Part shown: one piece after another, positions 35,013-48,735 of the stretch
How the letters are laid out: every line of letters begins with the position of its first letter
How positions within the stretch are numbered: the first letter of the stretch is position 1
Assembly: GCF_009914755.1 (NCBI RefSeq)
Contig: NC_060940.1
Source: the human T2T-CHM13v2.0 reference genome, Homo sapiens
DNA: 64,000 nucleotides
Direction: 5' to 3' (one strand)
Translations under genes and position numbers: made by a program
The notes under the pieces: model-generated
Seen by the model: only the letters and a program-made list of their open reading frames with translations
Told to the model about the DNA's origin: nothing
Database searches by the model: none

Positions 35013-35259
35013 AATCTCCAAAATAGGACAGATGAGAGTTACTGTGCCTAGCCCCATAGATGGATTTTTATTGAAACCACTTAACAACTCTATATCTTAA
35101 TATCTGATCCTGTTGCTTCTCTGTATATAGTCATTTATTGATTCCCTGATTCATTTAGCATATATTAATATATATTCATATAGACAAACATGTATATATA
35201 TTTTGAAAATAAAAATTTCACCTTTTGTTTTACTTAAAGTCATGTTTTAAATTATTTTT

Positions 35260-35500
35260 AGGTTTTTAAAGTTTTATTTTTACAGATTTAGATACATAGA
35301 TATTTGAATAGTGGTGAAGTTTGGGCATTTAGTGTACTCATCACCTATATAGTATACATTGTACCCAACTGGTAGTATTTCATCCCTGACTCTGCTGCCA
35401 CCCTTCCACCTTTTAGAGTCTCCAGTGTCTGTTCTTTCACCCTGTATGTCTATGTATACCCATTATTTGGCTCCTACATGTAAGTGAGAACATGTAGTTT
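35260..35500 (-). mobile_element. L1MA-like 3' end
   Basis: atagtggtgaagtttgggcatttagtgtactcatcacc...taagtgagaacatg. Confidence 0.7.
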
Positions 35501-35579
35501 CCATTTGCTTCTTAACCTACTGTAGTGTGGCTTCCATCTCAGCTACTTCCATCTTGACCATTAAACTATTCTTACCATA

Positions 35580-36690
<1,111 letters not shown>

Positions 36691-36719
36691 AATAACAATA
36701 ACCATACCTAATATCTCTC

Positions 36720-36920
36720 AGTATTTGTATGCCTGACACCATGCTAAAGCACTCTACAAGCATTATCTATTAGGTTTCACAAGAGCCCTATTAGATGAAT
36801 ACTGTTATTATCTACATTTTTACAGTTGAGGAAGCTGAGGCCCAGATAAATGATGGAACTGGAACCAGAACCCAGGGCTGGCTGGCTCAAAAACCCATGC
36901 CCTTAATCACAATGTTATGC
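36720..36920 (-). mobile_element. MIR
   Basis: ttttacagttgaggaagctgaggcccaga core. Confidence 0.65.
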
Positions 36921-37409
36921 TGAGAATAGCTTTAAGTATTGGGGATAATTTATGGACTGATAAATTCAGCATATTTAATGTTTTCAGCAAGTAGTGAACT
37001 TGGTGAGGTTTGTGATTTGATGTTTTAAAAATATACTTTTGACTTATTTGGAAGCAACAAGTTTGCTTGGAAAAGTACTGCATACTAATGTAAAATAGAT
37101 TAAATACTATTTGTTTTTAGATCATGTATGACCTTTTTCTAAGCCAAAATATTTTATCAATTATTCTGGCATTTTTATCAAAACCACTTAGTACCCCTAT
37201 GTCTTAAAGTGTGATCCTGTTCTCTCTATATAATCATTTATTAATTCCCTAATTCCTTCAGCATGAAGTCTAGATATTTTAACATAACCTATAACACCGT
37301 TGATAATCTAGTCTGTTATATTTTAGTCCTTGTTGCTTATCATTCTCCCACAGGCATCTCCTTTGCTTGTCATGCCAAACTACTTGTTATTCCAGAATAT
37401 AAATTTTTA

Positions 37410-38430
<1,021 letters not shown>

Positions 38431-39534
38431 CATTTGTATTTAAAAAAGAAACAAAACTTGTATGAACATCTACTGTTTGCCTGGACTTTTATGTGGATGC
38501 TTAAAATAAAGCCAACCCTTAAAAAGTATTACTGTATCAATGCAAATTAAGATTATGACACTTAAAAAAAAAAGGAATGTCATGGTTATCTAAAATTGTA
38601 AACCTGGGTACTACTGCGAGTCACAAGACGAAAATAAACCTTTTAATTTGTGAGCATGGTAGTTCACAGATGTGAAGAAAGTGAAGTGAAATAATTGTTC
38701 CACTTCCATGAAAAACTCTGAAAACAAATCTAAGGGTAAAATTCAGGAAAAGTTTGACATTATAATTTGCTCTTGGATCAGTTTTTTTCTCTTTTCTCTT
38801 TAAACATGTATTTATTGATAGTTTGAAGAAAAATGTTGTATGCATTAAATAAAAATCAAAAGAAGCCACCATACTAATGTTTGACACATATTACTAAAAT
38901 TAACTACAAATCTATTGTTTTTAGGTTGATTTAATATGAATATTTAAGTAAATAATTATTATGCTTCTATTTTAAAAATAAGGAGACTAAAAACCAGTAC
39001 ACCAGCTTACAATAAACAATTTAAGAGAAGTAAAATGCCTTATTAAATTATCTTTATAATACCAAATTACTTTAAGATACTTTCCTTTTGACTGCAGAGG
39101 TTTTAATTCTTTCCTTTCTTGGCTTCCATGGCACCACTGTCTCCTGATACTTACCTTACCATTCTTGCATTTTCTTGTTGTTTTCCTTCAATAGCTCCTC
39201 TTCATCTGCTAGCTCCTGGAACTTGTTGTTTTTGGGTTTCACCACTGGTTCTCTTCTGTTATTCTACATTGTCTCTCTAGGCAGATAAACTCATTCTTGC
39301 TCAAGGCTTGCTATCTTCTGTTTTATGTCCTCTTCCATTGAAACTTCTATCCACCTAGTCCTCCAAGCCTAAAGCCTAAGAGTCTTCCTCTCTCTTGAGA
39401 AAGGTTGGGAGAATTTTAGCTACAATGCAGTTATATCTCTGTTGTTGAAAATTTATTGTTCTGTGTTTTATTTTTACTAAGGAATTATATCTGGGACCTT
39501 GCATTTCTTCATATTTTAAAAATATGTCAAGTAG

Positions 39535-39942
<408 letters not shown>

Positions 39943-40616
39943 ATAACCTTCACCACCCCAGCCTGCCAGGAGAGGAACCTGTTCTCTGAGTGTACAGTGG
40001 TCATGTGATCATTTTTCCCTTCTCTTTTTGAAAATTTATAATTTCTACTTATATCCACACACTAGTGATCCAGTAATTTTATTAATACAACTGAAATATT
40101 GGAAATGGAGGAATTTCCCAATATGGCTGTTGGTTACATGTGAAATTATTTCACCAGAGGAGAAAGGACCTAAGTCCCCACTCAGATTTTAAAACCTCTA
40201 ATTTCTTGCCCAAATCTCTTCGCTTCTTTTCCTCATGAAGGAAAAGGCGAGTAACAGGTAGTGTGAAAAATTATAATTTTATTAGAGGCATGAAGTGCAT
40301 GCATAAGGGTCTGACACTATCCTCTTCTACTCTATTTGTTTTTTTGTTTTTGTTTTGTTGTTGTTTTTTTAGTAGTTGTCTGGACCCTTTAAATGTGTAT
40401 CATGACTTGCTATTAGGTCATGACCTGTCTTTGACAAACACTTATACTATAAATCTTTGAGTTTCCCCAGTACTGAAATATGATATATAGAGTCTTCCAT
40501 ATATTCCTTCCAGGTGCTATCAAAATAACATATCACATATGATATCATCTCTTGTACTATAGGTTTTCTTTTTTAATGAATATTTGGATATGATATTAAT
40601 ATATGTGCCTTTTATG

Positions 40617-40933
40617 TATTTTTTTGTTTATATGTTTGTTTGTTTATTTGTTTTGAGACAGAGTTTCGCTCTGTTGCCCAGGCTAGAGTACGGTGGCATG
40701 ATCTCAGCTGACTGCAACCTCCACCTCCTGGGTTCAAGCGATTCTCCTGCCTCAGCCCCCTGAGTAACTGGGATTAGACGTGCGCCACCATGCCCAGCTA
40801 GTTTTTGTATTTTTAGTAGAGATGGGGTTTCACCATGTTGGCCAAGCTGATCTAGAACTCCTGACCTCAAGTGATGCATCCACCTTGGCCTCCCCAAGGC
40901 TGGGATTACAGGCATGAGCCACCGCGCCCGACC
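40617..40933 (-). mobile_element. Alu (AluS-like)
   Basis: Antisense dimer. Confidence 0.92.
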
Positions 40934-41682
40934 TATTATTTTAATCATACAAGCTCATGGGGAGCAAGGCCTGTGACTTTATTTTAAATTTTTAAATACT
41001 TTGTATTTTGAAACTTATCACACTTACAGAAAAATTGCAAGCATAGTACAAATAAATTATTTTACTCCATTTGAATAGGGTGCAGACCTAGTAATCCATC
41101 ATCCCCAAAGACTTTGGTATATGTTTTCTACAGATCAGAACATTTCCTACATAACCACAGTATAACAAGTAGAAAGTTAATAAAGCAGGAGCTGTGGGGA
41201 CTTAGAAGAGGAAAAAAACCAAAAATACAATTAAGTAGATTTGGCAGAATTTGATGACTGCTTAGATGGTGGGGGGAAGGGCAGAAAAACCATAACATTG
41301 TATGTTTGTGTGTGTGAATTGGGAAATGACCAACATTAAAAATGTTCAGTTACTTAACACCTCTGTTGATATTCTGTGGGAATATGGTTTTAAAATGCTG
41401 TATTCTAGTAGCAGAGGAAATATTTCATCATAGATTTATTAAGGTTTATTAAACAGTTGGGATTCTGAGTCAGGTAGTAGAATCTATTGAAAAACTTTAT
41501 AAGAGAAGTGAGTTGTTTTGGAAATCCTCTTAGGTTCTTTGAATAGTGTCAGTGAATTATAAGGGTAATGGAAGAAAACAGCAGGAGGATCTGCATCTTA
41601 CATTCCAGCCCTGACTTCTCTCTCTGATGATCCAGTCCCAAATTTCAAATTGCTAGAGATCTCCATTTCAAACTCAGTATGA

Positions 41683-42045
<363 letters not shown>

Positions 42046-42279
42046 TTCTTTTACCTTTTCTTGGTCGAGAAACCAAGTGCTGGCTCTTCCTGCTCCTCAG
42101 CCATGCCTCACCTCTGTCTAGTTGATTTCTACACTTTTGAAAGGGCACCGGGAAAAAAAAAAAAAAACCATCCTAGCCTTATTATTTGGTATCTCTGCAA
42201 TTTTGAGAATGTTACTACTTTCCTTTGTCCTCAAATTAAACTCTGTAAATTATGATAGTTGAACCAAACATGATTAAAA

Positions 42280-42520
42280 TATAATGGTTAAGAGTGTGGT
42301 CTCCCTAACAAGACCCCCTTGTCTTTTAATCCCTGCTCCACTATTCAGTAGCTGTGTGATCTTGGGCAAGTCATTTCTCTATCCCCCAGTATCCTCATAT
42401 AAAATGGGAATAACAGTAGTACCTATCTTACAGGGTTGTTCTGAAGATTGAGTCAATATATAGGAAATATTAGGAATAGTGCCTGGTACATAGTAAGCAC
42501 TACATTTTAGCTCTTATTGT
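42280..42520 (+). mobile_element. MIR
   Basis: gctgtgtgatcttgggcaagtcatt...taaaatgggaataacagtagtacct. Confidence 0.75.
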
Positions 42521-43619
42521 CATAATGATTTTTGTAATTGTTTGCTCTCTCAGTTCCATTCTGTCTCTTTGTAATGCTACTATCAGAGTATTTCTCTCAT
42601 TAGCCAGCCCCTTGTCTCCATTATCACTGTTATTACCCTATTATTAATCAGGATTACATTAGTTATTAAATGTAAAATAGAATAATCCCTGGCACTTAGT
42701 AAGTAGTCTGTAAGTGTTATCTCATTATTGTTATTATTTTCACATTGATGACATCTCAAGTCAGATCCTTTCCTCGTCCTTACTTGTCCTCTGCCTTTAA
42801 TCTCTCATGCCATCCAGATGGGTCTTTCTAGAGCCCTGTTTAGATAGTGTTGTTTCTGTTTTGAGGCCTTTGGTACCTAAAAGGGGCAGAGGGGAGAACC
42901 CAATGTTGTTTTATAGTGATATCAGATGACTAACCAGGACCAACTGAAAAAATGGCATTGATGAAAGAGGTAAACTTGAATTTTAAAGCAGTGAAATTTT
43001 GTTTTAGTGATTTAAGGGCATTGCTTACTAAAATAGAATCAATTTTTATAGAAAGAAAAGTTGTACTGATGTTCAAATTCAAGTTGACTTGCTATGGAAC
43101 TAAACCTACAGTTTTACCTGAAAAACTCATCAGTGCAGTTAAAATAGAAGGTTAGGAGGAAAGGTCAGAAAGGTTTTTTATGTTACGAAAAAAATGTATT
43201 CATCCATGTTAAGACGATGAAACAATTTTAACATTGTTAGTAATCTTTATAAACAGTTCTCATTTGTTCATTTCAAAATTTTAAGCTTCTTTTTATAATT
43301 CAAATGAAAATAGCTTCATTTCTGTATTTTCAAAATAACACTGTTAGCTTTTTGTTAGAAAAATTATAAGAAACCTTATCTAACTTCTTAAACTTATTTT
43401 GGGTTCATTTGCATGACCTCTTTAACCCTTTGCTAATCTTCAGCTATTTCATATTTTAAATATTTTAGAGTATCTTGGAGAAAAGTATTTTTTTCCAATA
43501 AAAATTGCTTTAGATTTTGTTTTTTTAAAATATTGATAGCCACATAATGCCATTTTACCACAGTTTAGTTCTCAGGTGATTTTTTTTTTTAATCAGATTT
43601 TTATGTATATTTTTTAAAA

Positions 43620-44110
43620 CTTTACTGCAGGAAATGGCAGAGTGAGAGTTAATGTGTTACATGGAGGGAAGAACAGTCCATTGGGGGTTAAATTGCAGAG
43701 TCTAATGGAATAATAACTGGTAGCACCATCTGCTGGCCTACTTCCGCAGAAGGAGTCAGTATTTTTAACGACATCTCTAATATTCATGCTGATGCATTTT
43801 GATGCTTTGTGCATTCATTTCTTTCTGTGCTTTGTTGGAATCTGGCTATCTGCTTACAGCTATTGAGGAAACTCAGCTTTTTAGGAGTGTTTACAGCCTT
43901 TTTCATACCTAAATAGGATGAACAGTAGATATAAACTTGCCAAGGCAGAAATGTGTTGATAAATCAAAATGTGTATTTGTGGAGGGTTGTGCATCTCTTG
44001 GTTGCAGCTTGCTAAATAGGCCATTTAGGAATCTTCTTTCAATGCTTTTTTCTTGAGCACTGCCTGGGGTGGTGAAAAAGCAGAGGGCAAGCCTTTGTCT
44101 GACGCCAAAA
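43620..44110 (+). promoter_or_regulatory. Putative internal promoter / 5'UTR of a short CHD9 isoform
   Basis: Repeat-free segment with a CTCF-like motif (43721-43739, minus strand), FOX TGTTTAC (43888-43894), CArG CCTAAATAGG (43908-43917) and TATAAA (43930-43935) upstream of the 44111 ATG. Confidence 0.55.
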
Positions 44111-44140
44111 ATGTCTTCAGTGAAGAGGCCAAGAGGAAGG
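44111..44140 (+). CDS. CHD9: Coding part of a putative CHD9 alternative first exon (MSSVKRPRGR)
   Basis: gccaaaaATG with A at -3; exactly 10 codons, then AGG|gtaagt. Phase 0 matches the 45275 exon. An in-frame TGA lies upstream at 44054-44056. The surrounding sequence is non-repetitive. Confidence 0.75.
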
Positions 44141-45274
44141 GTAAGTGAAAGCCTGAATGAGTGGGAGGAGGAGGGGTTCTTTGGGCTAAAAGGCTAATGG
44201 GATTGAATAACCTTCCTTATTACTGGCTGCTGCTACGGGAGTCGTACTGCATCGCCATCTTGAGCTTGTTGCTGTTTCCTCGAGTCTTGGTTATTTGTTA
44301 TAGCCTGTAGGCCTTAAGGTGGCATTTTAGTGAGCAATTCTAAACCCTCCTTCCTTTCCCAGTGCTGCAGTGCTGCTATGAAACCTTTGATGAGGCAGGT
44401 ATAGAAAAAATATCCAGTGAAGCACACTGGAATCAGCATGAAAATGTGTTTGGAAATTCCTGATGGTTTTTTCCTTTGGTATAGTCAGAGGCATGTTTAC
44501 GGGTAAGAACATAACAAAACTGTGATCTAAGTATATGTGGATGAATGCGTGTTTGAAGAGGAAATTCTTTTTAAAATGCTCTTGATCTGCTTCCTGTGAT
44601 ATTGCTAAATATTAATAATTTTAATGTAAAACTGTAAAACTTGTTTATTTCCCAAATTGCTTGAGCAAAATAATTATGATATAGAAAAAGAAAAAAAATT
44701 TTCACATTTAACTCTTTCATGGGAAAACTAAAACTTTCTCTAATTTTAAGTATGAGAATGTCTGTTTACTAACTAGCTATGTTGCTGCACTTAAATATTA
44801 AATGATTTCAGGTTGTAGTCGTAAAGCAGAGGTTTTATTTTTCTAAAAGCCATAATAAACTGTATGGAGTAATTCTAAATTAAAATTATTTAAAAATTTA
44901 TTAATGTTCAGAATTTTGGAGGGAAGAGGAAAGAAAAGACTTTTATTCCAAATGCACAGAATATTTATGGGATAAAATTTGAATCAACTATCTTTACAGG
45001 ACAAAACTTGAATCAACTAACCAAGAATGCTATGAAAATATCAATGAATCTATATTATTCTTCTTTAACCTTCATTTTTAAAAGTAGCAATTGAGCTGTT
45101 TATATCTGTACTAATTTCTTGATAAGCAAAATGTTTTAAATTTGTTTGTAGCACTCACATATTTGCTAATGTAATTTTACCTCTCTAAACATAATTTAAG
45201 ATTTTCAGATATTTGTGACAATTGTTTTAGATGTACTTTGGTATATTCTATAAAAAATATTTTTGTTTCTGTAG

Positions 45275-45606
45275 CCTCCATCTTCCAAGAAGAGCGATGG
45301 TTCTGGGACATATACTAAGTTGCAGAATACCCAGGTGAGGGTCATGTCTGAGAAGAAGCAGAGAAAAAAGGTGGAATCAGAAAGCAAGCAAGAAAAGGCT
45401 AATCGTATAATATCAGAGGCCATAGCAAAAGCAAAGGAGCGTGGGGAACGCAATATTCCACGAGTAATGAGCCCTGAAAACTTTCCTACTGCTTCAGTTG
45501 AAGGAAAAGAGGAAAAGAAAGGTAGAAGGATGAAATCCAAGCCAAAGGACAAAGACAGCAAAAAAACAAAAACATGTTCTAAGTTAAAAGAGAAGACAAA
45601 AATTGG
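45275..45606 (+). CDS. CHD9: CHD9 internal coding exon, 332 nt (PPSSKKSDGSGTYTKLQN...KLKEKTKIG; Lys-rich, NLS-like)
   Basis: Acceptor ttttgtttctgtag|CCT and donor GG|gtaagt; open frame from phase 0 to phase 2. The KQEKANRIISEAIAKAKERGERNIPRV segment is characteristic of the CHD6-9 family, and I recognise the peptide as CHD9. Confidence 0.96.
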
Positions 45607-47398
45607 GTAAGTTGGTTAAGAATTAAATTTAATTCCTTTCAATGTTCTGTTAAAGTTCAAACTGTCCAACCATCTACTTTTGATTTGAGTATATTTACTC
45701 CCATATTTGAGTTTTAAATTGTTGGCTACTATGTGTGCTTTATTTCATTGCCGAATGAATTAGATAATATTCCAGGATCTCCCAAATTTTATGGTTCTAT
45801 GAATGTAGAATGTAGCTTTTTGTATGTTAATATTATTAAAAGGGATTTAAAGTAGTAAAATATTTCAGTATACGAATCAGGAAAAGGATAAAAACAAACA
45901 AAATGAAATCCATATTGCTGTGCCAGTTTCATATTCACTTTCTTTACAGAGCATGCATTGAAATTCTTTATAAGATTCTTTTTCTCTTGGTTGTACTTGT
46001 GCCTCACTGAGCACTCATAGTTTGGAAACATGAAATGTAATATTTTCTTAATAAAACCACAACTTTGGACTGAATGAAATGGCAAAAAAAAAAAAAAAAC
46101 ACTAATACCATATAAATCAACAATAAGTGGTTGCCAGTTCTTACTGATTTACTTCCATATAGTCTGATTTACTTTACGTAATAAAGAGGCCAGGTGAGGA
46201 TTAATGCTCCAAGAGAATTATAAGGACAAAGAATTGCTCTAGGAGGATATATTAATCCTATGTATTTTACTGCTTATCCAAAATATTTTCAAAAAATAAA
46301 ATACAGTAAATGTTATAATTTGCTTTATAGGTGTATTTGCTTAGCATGCAAGGGTAAGCATAACTAAGCCAACATAGTTTAGAATTGTTTTTTCAGGACT
46401 GGTTATTTTTGAGGACTTCATGTGGAAATTTGACATAAAGGGGTCAATCTAACTTTTCTCTTTTTCACAAAAAGTCCGCAATAAAGAATGTCTTTATTGT
46501 GAAAATCTTCATTTGCTCAGAAATTGTTGATATATTATATAGATATTTAGAACTAATGCAATTTTATAAATCAAATGAATTCTTAGCATTTTAAATGTAA
46601 CCGCCAAATTATTTAGTTTGGTCCTTATGTCATTCAGGTCCAAACGATTAAATAATATGGGCTCTCTTGTTATAATAGATTAATAATCATATTGATTTTG
46701 CATTTTACTTGCAGACAGCTAAAATGAAATTTGAAAGATTTCTACTTCTTTTATTGTTTTTTTAGAGGTTTTAGGTATGAAAGTAACTTATTTTTCCAAA
46801 GCTCTGCCCAGTTTTAATTCAGGAAATCCCATATTTAGTCTTTTGCTGAACCAAAATTTAATATAATTAAGGGTTTCCAGTTTTAACTTGTTCAGAGATC
46901 TAGACAGAGTAGAATACTATTTGGAAGAGTAACGTTTTGAAAAACAATGCATAAAATGAGGAAATTGGTTGATAAACTTTTAAAAGTTACACTAACCGTT
47001 ACTTGCCTCAAACTTGGGAAGGAACAGCTAAAGGCAAAAGATACCAGAAGTAAATCTAGTTTAAGAAAAAACATTGTACATAAGAGATAACTAGAAATAA
47101 TTAAATTAGAAACACAGATTTTTAGAAAAGTGAATTAATATAGTAAGGGGAGTAGTAACACTGAAGCGGAGTACTGACTAGTTTTGTGATATCTGTGTTT
47201 TTGTTAGGAGTAGGTAAATTATTCATAGTAAATTATTTTAATATTGCACAACATTGACCAATTTTTCTAGAGGTAGCAAATTCTAGAAAACAAAATCGAT
47301 AAGAATTGTACTAGAAATTTTTTTTTGTTTTGGCTAAATACATGGTAAAATATTGAGTAGTTGCTAGAAAAGAAAAATTGTTGAAAATATAGGCCTTT

Positions 47399-47473
47399 TT
47401 GATAGAAGAATTTATAAGTCGCAGGCAGATAAGTGAATTGATAGAAGAATTTATAAGTCGCAGGCAGATAAGT
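47399..47473. repeat. Perfect 36-nt direct duplication (period 39)
   Basis: ttgatagaagaatttataagtcgcaggcagataagt occurs at 47399-47434 and 47438-47473. Confidence 0.95.
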
Positions 47474-47912
47474 AGTATTGAAGTTTGCATATGTATTACT
47501 AAGCTGTTAGAGTAAAACAGTGTCAATCATTTATATCAGTCAAAGACAAAAATTATTGTCATGTTGGAGGAAAAGGCATAGTTGGAATAAATGAAATTCA
47601 TATACAATCCAGAATTCCAGTATTAGCCAATGAAATATTTCATTACTGTGCTTTCCAATAAGCCACTATACTTTGTAATTTTGAATTTGGTGAGTTTTAA
47701 ATTTTTGAGTGAAGAATCATTTAAGTAAAGTTCAGTTGCATCATTTCAACTAGCACCATTTTATAATTAAACATCTCATTTAAAATTTTTTATTTTTCTA
47801 TTAATTTTAGGACAATTGGGCTGTTCCTAATACCAAATTATTGATATTAGTTAATTTGGAAAGCAGTGCAACTTAATCAACAGCAGTGTAAAATATAAAT
47901 TTTAAAATTAAT

Positions 47913-48247
<335 letters not shown>

Positions 48248-48489
48248 TTATGGTTGATGTCATCAGGGTTGGTGTTTATTTAACCCATATATGTGATTTG
48301 ATGTAATCTAGGAAGACTAATCTGAAGAAAAGCAATACTGCCCCTGCTTGCTAATGTGCTTGAAACCTTTTCGTTGTCACTTTTACAGATTAACTTTTTT
48401 TCCAATGCAAAGAATAGAATGTCCTTTTCGGAGCACTTTCTTAGAGTCTCATTTCATTTTTACAATTCTGTGAGTTAGAGTGGGCATAC

Positions 48490-48735
48490 AGTGTGATAAT
48501 GGGGTTAAATTCTTTGCCTCTGGAGCCAGTTGCATTTGTTCAGATTCCAGTTTCATCACTTACAAGCAGTGTAATCCTGTACAAAAAGCTAACATCCTCA
48601 TGCTTTAGGTTCCTCCTCTGTAAAATGGGGATAGGATAGTACTTGCCTCATAGTGTTATTTTGAAGACTAAATCAATTAATATACAAAATAGTATCTGGA
48701 ATATGCTTAGTGTTCAGTAAATGTTAGTCATTATT
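48490..48735 (+). mobile_element. MIR
   Basis: ttcctcctctgtaaaatggggataggatagtac. Confidence 0.7.

Noticed and set aside
45205-45561. 118-aa antisense ORF over the CHD9 exon (similarly 62114-62311)
   Set aside because: Shadow ORF of a Lys/Glu-rich coding exon; no independent start or splice evidence.
45320-45610. ORF track's 96-aa standalone protein starting at TTG
   Set aside because: It is an internal CHD9 exon that begins at the 45275 acceptor; the stop lies in the intron donor.
47399-47473. 36-nt direct repeats of CRISPR-like length
   Set aside because: Only two copies with a 3-nt spacer, in a primate intron with no cas genes; a simple tandem duplication.
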